A stretch of 64,000 bases of DNA from an uncultured Saprospiraceae bacterium (GCA_938015925.1 CALLVY010000588.1:9046-73045); one strand, 5' to 3'; positions 55,273-63,629 are shown, counted from the first letter of the stretch. Made by a program: numbers and translations. The notes: generated by a model not told the origin, from the letters alone.

Positions 55273-55315
55273 ACGGTATGAGGTTTGCGGTGTGGGGTTT
55301 GCGGTTGACGAAATA
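55273..55315. repeat. Left arm of an imperfect inverted repeat filling the cysD-cysN spacer
   Basis: 'acggtatgaggtttgcggtgtggggtttgcggttgacgaaata'. It contains the 14-nt tandem duplication 'ggtttgcggtgtgg' / 'ggtttgcggttgac'. Confidence 0.6.
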
Positions 55316-55581
55316 CCGCAGATCATAGACCGCTAAGCTCCTATCCTGTGTTGAATTAATTTGTATAGCATTGCAGATATTTTTTCTGCTTTATCAATTA
55401 AAAGGTGTTACCACTTCGGTACTAAGCTATCCGAAGTCTTTGTTAATTGCGCCAGTGTTTGTGATTTTGTAAATTGTACCGGCTAAGCCTTTCGCTTTTT
55501 GCTATATCTTGAGTTTTCGAAAATCTCCCATGGTTTTAATAGGTTTTAGTGGACGGTATGCGGGGGAAGAGATTTATACAA

Positions 55582-55616
55582 TATTTCGTCCACCCAAACC
55601 GTAAACCATATACCCT
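55582..55616. repeat. Right (inverted) arm of the cysD-cysN spacer repeat
   Basis: The reverse complement 'agggtatatggtttacggtttgggtggacgaaata' aligns with the left arm, with an 8-nt indel and a few mismatches. It ends 1 nt before the cysD stop codon. Confidence 0.6.
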
Positions 55617-55617
55617 A

Positions 55618-56520
55618 TTAAAAATACCCTTGCTTCTTTCGATCTTCCATAGAAGTTTCAGATCGTTTATCATCAGAACGTCCGCCTCTTTCTGTAATTC
55701 GAGTGGTGGCTACTTCTTCGATAATGGCTTCCAGCGTATCTGCCTTGGAAGGAGAAACTCCGGTACAAGTCATGTCCCCAATAGTCCGACAACGCACCAT
55801 TAGTTCTACCACTTCTTCGGTAGGTTTTTTAGGAATTACAGGAGTGTCTGCGAGTAGGATTCCATCTCTCCAAAAACATTTTCGAGTGTGTGCAAAATAT
55901 AGAGAAGGTAATTCTACCTTTTCCATTGCAAGGTATTGCCAAACATCTAGCTCGGTCCAGTTACTAATTGGGAATACTCGAAAGTGTTCTCCCATACGTT
56001 TGTCCCCATTAAAAAGATTCCACAATTCAGGTCGTTGGTTTTTGGGATCCCACTGACCGAATTCATCGCGGTGAGAAAAGAAACGTTCTTTTGCTCTTGC
56101 TTTTTCTTCATCTCTTCGGGCACCCCCCAGAGCAGCGTCGAATTTACCTTTTTCTAATTCATTCAGTAATACAGCTGTCTGTAATCCATTTCGGCTAGCA
56201 TTAAACCCCTTCTCTTCTGTAACCATTCCAGTATCAATGGCTTCTTGTACAGAACCCACGATAAGTCTAGCTCCCATTTTTTCAACGAGATCGTCTCTAA
56301 ATTTAATGGCTTCCGGAAAATTATGTCCTGTATCTACATGGAGTAAGGGAAAAGGAATTCTTGCAGGGTGAAATGCTTTTTGGGCGAGGTAAACCATGAG
56401 AATGGAATCCTTACCTCCAGAAAACATTAACACTGGATTTTCGAATTGAGCAGCAACTTCTCTCAATATAAAAATTGATTCGGCTTCTAATTCTTTTAGA
56501 TGATTGAGGTGATAATTCAT
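55618..56520 (-). CDS. cysD: Sulfate adenylyltransferase subunit 2
   Basis: 'LKELEAESIFILREV', 'VLMFSGGKDS' (PP-loop) and 'RRDEEKARAKERFFS'. Confidence 0.95.
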   Translation of the reverse strand: MNYHLNHLKELEAESIFILREVAAQFENPVLMFSGGKDSILMVYLAQKAFHPARIPFPLLHVDTGHNFPEAIKFRDDLVEKMGARLIVGSVQEAIDTGMVTEEKGFNASRNGLQTAVLLNELEKGKFDAALGGARRDEEKARAKERFFSHRDEFGQWDPKNQRPELWNLFNGDKRMGEHFRVFPISNWTELDVWQYLAMEKVELPSLYFAHTRKCFWRDGILLADTPVIPKKPTEEVVELMVRCRTIGDMTCTGVSPSKADTLEAIIEEVATTRITERGGRSDDKRSETSMEDRKKQGYF

Positions 56521-56637
56521 TTTATATTTCGTTTGCTAATAATCAAATATTTCATCTTGAGATACGGCTTCGCCAACGATAAGTCGCACTTATCCCCCGA
56601 TGAAAGAAAAAATATGAATTCAAAAAACTAGTAATTC

Positions 56638-57201
56638 CTAATTTTTTGAAGCAATTAAAAATCCATTGTTTACTTTACGAAGTAAGCTTGGATCAATATT
56701 TATCTGTAAAGTATATCCCAAAAATTCGAGATCTACCAAAAACTGCTTTCTGCCTTGGATGGAACACAATCTGCCTTTTGTTCCAACTAAGTTTCCACTA
56801 ATCACTTCTACTTCATCTCCCTCCTGATATATTTGCTTCTCCGCATTAATTTCTAATCCTTCTCCCAAAATACGTTTCATCAATTCCATCTCTACATCTG
56901 GAATAGCAATTAAATTTCCAGAGAATTTCACAAAGCCCATGACTTGTTCCGTTTCCAATACCCGGATATATTCTTTTTTGGTAATTTTTACAAAGACGTA
57001 GCAACTAATCAAGGGAAGTTCTACTTTACGAATTTTACGCGTATAGCGACGTACTAATTGTTGTACCGGTAAATAAGCGGTAATTCCTTTTTTCTGTAAT
57101 TGACGGCATACGAGTTTTTCCCTTTTATAAGGAGTATAGATAGCAAACCAACGGGAGTCATTGGCATCAAGGTGGTTTTCGTATGTGGTGCTGTTAGTCA
57201 T
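56638..57201 (-). CDS. upxY: UpxY-family (NusG/RfaH-like) transcription antiterminator
   Basis: NGN-like 'WFAIYTPYKREKLVCRQLQKKGITAYLPV' and KOW 'EGDEVEVISGNLVGTKGRL'. The ~187-aa size is typical of Bacteroidota capsule-locus UpxY proteins. Confidence 0.8.
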   Translation of the reverse strand: MTNSTTYENHLDANDSRWFAIYTPYKREKLVCRQLQKKGITAYLPVQQLVRRYTRKIRKVELPLISCYVFVKITKKEYIRVLETEQVMGFVKFSGNLIAIPDVEMELMKRILGEGLEINAEKQIYQEGDEVEVISGNLVGTKGRLCSIQGRKQFLVDLEFLGYTLQINIDPSLLRKVNNGFLIASKN

Positions 57202-57256
57202 TAAAAACTGTGTGTCTCCTTAATTATATATAAGGTGTTCTTCGTTTAGTATTTTT

Positions 57257-58546
57257 TTACAATCGCCAATATACCATCCCATTTTTGGAGGGTTCATAAA
57301 TGGCTTTGATGTCCATTAGGATTGGGTTTTCCCCCATAATGGATTTAAAGTACCTTTCATCTAATGAAAGATATTCTTTGTGATTAACAGCTACAACTAC
57401 TGCATCATAATCGTCTGAAAGTTTATCAATCAATGATAATTTATATTCTCTTGCCACCTCATTTGGTGACGCATTTGGATCTGCGATATGAACGTTGATA
57501 GAATATTCCATTAGTTCCTGGATCAGATCTACGACTTTTGAATTTCGGATGTCGGAAACATTTTCTTTAAAAGTGATACCCATTACCAAAACTTTGGCTT
57601 GCTGTGGGCTTTTTCCTTTTTGTAATAAAATTTGCACCAGTCGTTTGGCAACAAAAGCAGGCATCTGGTCATTGATTCTTCTCCCACTTAAAATCACTTG
57701 AGGGTCGTATCCTAATTGCTTCGATTTATAAAGTAGATAATAGGGATCAACCCCTATACAATGTCCTCCTACCAAACCAGGATAGAATTTTAAGAAATTC
57801 CATTTGGTTCCGGCGGCCGCTAAAACTTCTTGCGTATCAATGTCCATTCTGTCAAAGATGATCGATAATTCATTCATTAATGAAATATTCAAATCTCTCT
57901 GGGTATTTTCTATCACCTTTGCGGCTTCTGCTACTTTTATAGAAGTTGCTTTATAAATTCCAGCAGTGATTATACTTCCATAAACTTTGGCGATTTCCTC
58001 TGCTGACTCTTCATCACATCCCGAAACAATCTTTACTATTGTCGTCAGTGTTTTGACTTTATCACCCGGAACGATTCTTTCCGGAGAGTATCCTATTTTA
58101 AAATCTTCTCTTCCAATTAGCTTAGAAAATTTTTCTAATACTGGCAAACAATCTTCTTCAGTACATCCAGGATAAACGGTAGATTCATAAATTACATAAT
58201 CTCCCTTTTTTAGATATTTCCCAACAGATTCAGAAGCACTTAAAACTGGTTTTAAATTAGGTACCCGATGTTCGTCTACAGGGGTAGGTACTGCTACGAT
58301 GTGAAAATGAGCTTTCGCTAAATCTGCTGCATTACTTGTAAATAATATATCGGTACCCTCAAATGCCTTTGCATCCAATTCGCGAGAAGGATCTATATGC
58401 TGTTTCATCTGCTCCACCCTTTCCACACTAATATCAAAACCTATTACACTGTATTTTTTTGCAAGCTCTAGTGCTAAAGGAAGCCCCACATAACCCAATC
58501 CGATAACGGAAATTTTCTTTTGCTTTCTTTGTATCTCTAAAAACAT
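57257..58546 (-). CDS. Nucleotide-sugar 6-dehydrogenase (WbpA/TviB/WbpO-like UDP-HexNAc dehydrogenase)
   Basis: 'KISVIGLGYVGLPLALELAK' and the catalytic-Cys context 'GLVGGHCIGVDPYYL'. Confidence 0.8.
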   Translation of the reverse strand: MFLEIQRKQKKISVIGLGYVGLPLALELAKKYSVIGFDISVERVEQMKQHIDPSRELDAKAFEGTDILFTSNAADLAKAHFHIVAVPTPVDEHRVPNLKPVLSASESVGKYLKKGDYVIYESTVYPGCTEEDCLPVLEKFSKLIGREDFKIGYSPERIVPGDKVKTLTTIVKIVSGCDEESAEEIAKVYGSIITAGIYKATSIKVAEAAKVIENTQRDLNISLMNELSIIFDRMDIDTQEVLAAAGTKWNFLKFYPGLVGGHCIGVDPYYLLYKSKQLGYDPQVILSGRRINDQMPAFVAKRLVQILLQKGKSPQQAKVLVMGITFKENVSDIRNSKVVDLIQELMEYSINVHIADPNASPNEVAREYKLSLIDKLSDDYDAVVVAVNHKEYLSLDERYFKSIMGENPILMDIKAIYEPSKNGMVYWRL

Positions 58547-58601
58547 TCCTAGGGTATTAATTTTTGTTTTGGGTATTACTAAATGCTTGGGCAGAAATAA
58601 T

Positions 58602-59627
58602 TTATTCTTTCAGGCTATAGATTCGTTCGATTATATCCACCACTTTTAATCCTTCCATTGCATTGGTTTTGATGTTTTTTCTATTCCTTAAAACATCAAC
58701 CACGTTTTCAATTACATAATGATGATTCGCAGCTGAACCTTTGTAGGTTCCATAATCATTTGGTGGATTCGCTTCCTTTAGTTCTGGCATTTCATAATCC
58801 TGAATATTGCAATAAACTACCTCATTCATATATTGCCCGCCAATCTTAATCGTTCCTTTGGTTCCAATGATCGTAAGACTGCTTTCAAAATTAGCATTCC
58901 ATACTGCGGTCGAATAATTCAAGCATCCCATTCCTCCATTGACAAAATCAAACTGTACGACGCCGGAATCTTCAAAGTCTGTAGATGCTCCATGTGTAAA
59001 ATCTGCAAATCTTGCCTTGATGTTTTTAATATCCCCAAACAACCAATACAAGGTGTCTACAAAATGGGAAAACTGCGTAAATAAGGTTCCACCATCTAAA
59101 TCTTTTCTTCCATGCCAATCATGTGGTTTACCTCCTTGTAAATAATAACGGTCATCTCTATTCCAAAAGCAGTTGACTTGTACCATTAAAGTATCTCCTA
59201 ATATTTTTTGCTCTATCAAGTCTTTTATCCAGACTGATGGCGGGGAGTAACGATTTTGCATCACACAAAAAACCTGCTTGGATTCATTCAATGCTTTATA
59301 GATAATCGCCTCACAATCTTGTCTGGTTAAAGCCATTGGCTTTTCACACACCACATGCCATCCGGCATCCAAAGCTTGCAGTGATTGCTGCGCATGCAAA
59401 CCATTTGGTGTGCAAATACAAACCACATCTATGTCTGGTTTAGCTAAAATCAATTCTTCAAAAGAAGAGAAAAACAGTCTATCAAATTTTTCTAAAGCCA
59501 AATCTTTTTTTGGCTTGATATCACAAAGAGCTACTAGTTTGCACTCTGGGTTTTCTTGAATTATTTTTGCATGTCGCTTACCGATATGACCGCAGCCGAC
59601 TACAGCAAACTTTATCGTATTTGCCAC
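58602..59627 (-). CDS. Gfo/Idh/MocA oxidoreductase, WlbA/WbpB-type (UDP-GlcNAcA 3-dehydrogenase-like)
   Basis: 'KFAVVGCGHIGKRHAKII' and 'VVCEKPMA'. It is adjacent to a WlbB/WbpD-like acetyltransferase. The specific activity is inferred from that pairing. Confidence 0.6.
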   Translation of the reverse strand: MANTIKFAVVGCGHIGKRHAKIIQENPECKLVALCDIKPKKDLALEKFDRLFFSSFEELILAKPDIDVVCICTPNGLHAQQSLQALDAGWHVVCEKPMALTRQDCEAIIYKALNESKQVFCVMQNRYSPPSVWIKDLIEQKILGDTLMVQVNCFWNRDDRYYLQGGKPHDWHGRKDLDGGTLFTQFSHFVDTLYWLFGDIKNIKARFADFTHGASTDFEDSGVVQFDFVNGGMGCLNYSTAVWNANFESSLTIIGTKGTIKIGGQYMNEVVYCNIQDYEMPELKEANPPNDYGTYKGSAANHHYVIENVVDVLRNRKNIKTNAMEGLKVVDIIERIYSLKE

Positions 59628-59629
59628 TA

Positions 59630-60208
59630 TTACTTTTTATTAAGCTTTCTCACAAAATTGTTTTCTAAAACGTATTGATCTTTACTTTCTTCACAGGTTG
59701 CTTTTTTATTGATAAAATTCAAGCGACAACCTCTTTCACTCATCCAACCTATCTGTTGGCCAGGGTTACCAACTATAAGTGCGTAAGCTGGGATATTTTT
59801 GGTTACTACTGTTCCTGCACCGATAAAGGCAAAGGTTCCGATTTCGTTTCCACAAATGATCGTTGCATTGGCTCCAATCGTTGCTCCTTTTCGGATTATT
59901 GTTTTTTGGTATTCTTCCTTTCTAATTACTGCGGCTCTAGGATTGATGACATTGGTAAAAACCATTGACGGTCCTAAAAAAACATCCGCTTCGCAAATCA
60001 CTCCGGTGTATAGGGAAACATTGTTTTGTACTTTTACATTATTTCCTAAAACGACTCCAGCCGCTACAAAAACGTTTTGACCTAAACTGCAATTCGCCCC
60101 TATTTTACTCCCTCCCATTAAATGGCAAAAATGCCATACTTTGGAATCCGCTCCTATTTCACACCCTTCATCAATGATCGCTGTTTCGTGAGCGTAGTAT
60201 TTGTCCAT
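59630..60208 (-). CDS. Left-handed beta-helix N-acetyltransferase, WlbB/WbpD-type
   Basis: 'YAHETAIIDEGCEIGADSKVWHFCHLMGGSKIGANCSLGQNVFV' shows hexapeptide repeats and the typical WlbB N-terminus. 192 aa. Confidence 0.7.
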   Translation of the reverse strand: MDKYYAHETAIIDEGCEIGADSKVWHFCHLMGGSKIGANCSLGQNVFVAAGVVLGNNVKVQNNVSLYTGVICEADVFLGPSMVFTNVINPRAAVIRKEEYQKTIIRKGATIGANATIICGNEIGTFAFIGAGTVVTKNIPAYALIVGNPGQQIGWMSERGCRLNFINKKATCEESKDQYVLENNFVRKLNKK

Positions 60209-60264
60209 TTGCTAAAGAATCTTTATAGAATAGGAAATGCTTTTCCAATTCCCTACACTCCTAT

Positions 60265-60798
60265 TTAATCGTTAGACCAGATCAATAAAGGCTCTGGCTT
60301 AAAAGTTTCCCAATTGATATTCTCCAACTCCTCTTGGCTATAAATCAAATAGCGCACTTTCCGTTGTATTAATTTTTCTGCTTTTCCGATCAAATTAATT
60401 AAATACGTTTGATCAATATCTCCGATAAAGATCAAATCAATAATTTCGGAATCTAATCCACGAGAAAATTCGCCGACTAAGTAGACTTTATCTACATCGC
60501 CCAAGCGCTCGACAACCGTCTCTATGACTTTGTCTAGTCCTATATGTTTTCGAATGATATTGTGAATTTCTTTAAACAGGGGATGTTTGGTATTAGCAGT
60601 AAAGACTTTTTTGTTGCCTTCTAATTCTGCATTAAGCATCCCTGCTTTTTCCAACTTATTGAGTTCTAAGCGGATAGCATTGGTGGATTCACCAAACTCT
60701 CCTTCCAAACTACGCAAATACGCCTTTGTGCTACTATTGAGAAAGAACTTCAATAGTAATTTGATGCGTGTTTTGGAAGAAATAAGAGTTTCAATCAT
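60265..60798 (-). CDS. Winged-helix (ArsR-like) transcriptional regulator with a C-terminal nucleotidyltransferase-like half
   Basis: 'SSKTRIKLLLKFFLN...AYLRSLEGEFGESTNAIRLELNKLEKAGML' (wHTH). The C-terminal 'VYLVGEFSRGLDSEIIDLIFIGD' loosely resembles a minimal NTase motif; that part is tentative. Confidence 0.55.
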   Translation of the reverse strand: MIETLISSKTRIKLLLKFFLNSSTKAYLRSLEGEFGESTNAIRLELNKLEKAGMLNAELEGNKKVFTANTKHPLFKEIHNIIRKHIGLDKVIETVVERLGDVDKVYLVGEFSRGLDSEIIDLIFIGDIDQTYLINLIGKAEKLIQRKVRYLIYSQEELENINWETFKPEPLLIWSND

Positions 60799-60815
60799 AA
60801 TTCAATAATGAGTAG

Positions 60816-60823
60816 CAAAGTTA
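60816..60823 (-). promoter_or_regulatory. Candidate -7 promoter box (TAacTTTG on the minus strand) for the wHTH regulator gene
   Basis: Plus-strand 'caaagtta' lies 18 nt upstream of the ATG at 60798. Motif match only. Confidence 0.3.
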
Positions 60824-60911
60824 CTCATTTTATCTGTAACAGTGTGTCTATTTATTGAATATGACGATATTTTTTTAACAAAGTAACCAATTAAGTAATT
60901 GGTCAAAATAA

Positions 60912-63629
60912 TTAATTTAGTCTTTGTACTAATAAAATCACAGTAAGTATCGCTGTAGCTTGAGCAATAGAATCAGCCAAAACCTTACCCCAATCTATGT
61001 CTTCTTTATCTTTTTTAGCTTCTTTTTGAGGATCTACGGGTTTACGTCCCACGGTTATCACAGATCCTTTTCGTACAGAGGGATATTTATTGAATATAAA
61101 ACCATTTGTTTGTTCAATTTGTCCATTTGGGTGTTCAACCGTTATCAAGGTTTTTTTACCATTTTCTCCAATACCTGCAGCGTAATTATCAATATACCAT
61201 TTGGCATTTTTTCCATTATAGTAAGCGACATTGAGTTTTCCTTCTTCTAGTAATTTATTCGGATATAAATCTGAAGCCAGTGTGGCATCTAGCTGAATTG
61301 TAACCAAATCCCTTCTCTTTGGTATAACAATAACATCTCCCTCTCTTAAAATAAAATTATATCGAGATGATTTATTTTTTTCTACTTCATCTAATTTCAT
61401 GATGACATAGCCTAAGTTTCCTTTTTGTCTATAAAGTGTCGCTCCTTCAGTAAATGCCTCCTGTGTCAAACCACCAGCTCTTTTGAGCACCGACCAGACT
61501 TTCTCATTTTTATCAATCAGAGTATAGGTTCCTGGAAAAGAAACCTCTCCATTAATAATTACATTCTTTTGTAATTCAAATTCTGGGGCAGCTCTGACAA
61601 TGATTTGGTCGAAAGGTTCTAACTGGAAATTATTGCCTTCTAGATTGCTTAAATCTCTATCCACTTCTACGGTAGCTATTACCGTTTTGGTAGGTTCATT
61701 TTCGGTTATGATAATTCTGGAAATGTCTATCCGGCTAGCAGAAGCCTCTAGTTTTAATCCGCCAGCTAAAGTTAAAATATCGGACAAACCTAGTGATTGA
61801 TCATATCGATACTCTCCAGGATTCCTTACCGCACCACTTATTCTTACAAACGATTGGTCTGTAAAAGTAAACTGTGACAAAACCTGAATTCGATCTAAAG
61901 GTTCCAAGATAAGGTTATCAGAAGATTGGGGATTTTCCAAAGCATTTTTCAGGTTGACCCGAATATATTCTTTCTCTTTTCTATTGGTTGGATCTACCCG
62001 ATAGATATAAGCAAAGTCAGTGGCATCCTTACGTACTCCTCCCGAAAGGATAATGGCTTCATCCAGTTTCAACTCTTCTCCGAAATCCAAGTCTTGTTCT
62101 CCCGGGTTTCTTACGGCTCCACTTACTGTAATCGTAGTCTGATCTACATAGACTCCTTGAGATAAAATCCGGAGTCGATCTTTAGCTTGTAGAGTGAAAT
62201 TACTTACAGAATTAGGGTTTTGTAATGCATCTTCTAAGTTTATTTTTTCATAGCCAGTGGTTCCGTCAGTACGGGTTCTTAATAAAAACGCTACATCCGT
62301 TCGAGCCCCTTCCAATAAAACTCCCTTTTTTGTTAAATCAGAAATTTTCATTCCATTGACGAGTTCGAATTTCCCTGGTAATTCAACGGCACCATTGATT
62401 TCTACAAAATTTTTGTAAGCCTTGGGAATCTCTTGTACTACTACTTCATCACCACTTTGCAAATCAAAGTCACTTCCTCCATTACTCAGGTTCCGAAAAT
62501 TAACATCAATGATTTTTTCTGAATCATTTACAAATCGTTTTACCTGTATATTTCCTTGATAGGCATTGTCTTTGAGTCCACCAGAATATTCAATCAATTT
62601 CTTAAGATGTTCCCCTTGCTTCAATTCAAAAATTAGGGCGCGCCTAACGGCTCCGGATATTTTTACCGTTTTCCCGATAGTCCCTACATGGATAATATCA
62701 TTGTCTTGCAGATAAAACTGCTCTCGAACAGTAGGATCATTCATAAATTCATAGACATCAATTTGTCGAGTCGATTCTCCACCACGGATAAGCCGAATAT
62801 TTCTGACACTTCCAATATTGGAGGGCCCTCCAGCTGCTACCAGTGCATTAAAAGCGGTATTGGTAGCCGGTAGGGTAAAACTTCCAGGATTAAAGACTTC
62901 TCCTAAAATATTTACAGTGATGGTTCGGGAATAAGTGATGGTTACTTCAAATTCCTCTTTACGGAAATTGTAGTATTGGGAATAGCGACTACGAAGGAGT
63001 TCTTTGGCGACTTTGAAGGTTTTTCCTTTTAAGCTAATTCGTGGCATTTGGCCAGGCTTAATGTAACCTTCTGTACTGATTTCATAAGTAGCATCTTCTT
63101 GAGAAGCTCCCCAGATAGATATATTAACCTGATCTCCAGGGCCGAGTATATAAGAAGCAGAAGGACGAACATCCTCGGCAGTAGAAAAGACACTAATGGT
63201 TTTATCTCTAAAAATCTGTTGCCCATAAATTCGTGTTGGAGGGCTTGGCTCTGCTTCATTTTTGGCATCAATTACCTCTTCCGCAATTGCTTCATCTAAG
63301 GCCTTACCATCTTCTACCGCATCCTTGATATCTTCAGCCGATTCAGCAACTACCGTTTCTAATACTTCTTCCGTTTCCTTAATGGCCTCTGCCTCAATTT
63401 CCTTGATGACTTCATCTAAAGCTTGTTCTGCTCTTAGAACCTGAGCGGGATCAGTAGGATTAATATTATCAATATCGATTCCTCGATCCAACATTCTCTT
63501 TTTCACTTCATCTTCTTCCAATCCTCTATTATTTAATTCTTTGCGTGCAGCACCTGGGTCCATGACTTGGCTAAATACAGGATTTATAGTAATCGCTAAG
63601 AGAAATATTATCGGCAATAATCTTTTCAT
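60912..63629 (-). CDS. wza: Wza-like polysaccharide export protein with multiple SLBB (beta-grasp) repeats
   Basis: Signal peptide 'MKRLLPIIFLLAITINPVFSQ'. There are at least 6 repeats of the type 'I.GAVRNPGE..L....LSD.L..AGGL', and a C-terminal hydrophobic helix 'LADSIAQATAILTVILLVQ'. Confidence 0.8.
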   Translation of the reverse strand: MKRLLPIIFLLAITINPVFSQVMDPGAARKELNNRGLEEDEVKKRMLDRGIDIDNINPTDPAQVLRAEQALDEVIKEIEAEAIKETEEVLETVVAESAEDIKDAVEDGKALDEAIAEEVIDAKNEAEPSPPTRIYGQQIFRDKTISVFSTAEDVRPSASYILGPGDQVNISIWGASQEDATYEISTEGYIKPGQMPRISLKGKTFKVAKELLRSRYSQYYNFRKEEFEVTITYSRTITVNILGEVFNPGSFTLPATNTAFNALVAAGGPSNIGSVRNIRLIRGGESTRQIDVYEFMNDPTVREQFYLQDNDIIHVGTIGKTVKISGAVRRALIFELKQGEHLKKLIEYSGGLKDNAYQGNIQVKRFVNDSEKIIDVNFRNLSNGGSDFDLQSGDEVVVQEIPKAYKNFVEINGAVELPGKFELVNGMKISDLTKKGVLLEGARTDVAFLLRTRTDGTTGYEKINLEDALQNPNSVSNFTLQAKDRLRILSQGVYVDQTTITVSGAVRNPGEQDLDFGEELKLDEAIILSGGVRKDATDFAYIYRVDPTNRKEKEYIRVNLKNALENPQSSDNLILEPLDRIQVLSQFTFTDQSFVRISGAVRNPGEYRYDQSLGLSDILTLAGGLKLEASASRIDISRIIITENEPTKTVIATVEVDRDLSNLEGNNFQLEPFDQIIVRAAPEFELQKNVIINGEVSFPGTYTLIDKNEKVWSVLKRAGGLTQEAFTEGATLYRQKGNLGYVIMKLDEVEKNKSSRYNFILREGDVIVIPKRRDLVTIQLDATLASDLYPNKLLEEGKLNVAYYNGKNAKWYIDNYAAGIGENGKKTLITVEHPNGQIEQTNGFIFNKYPSVRKGSVITVGRKPVDPQKEAKKDKEDIDWGKVLADSIAQATAILTVILLVQRLN

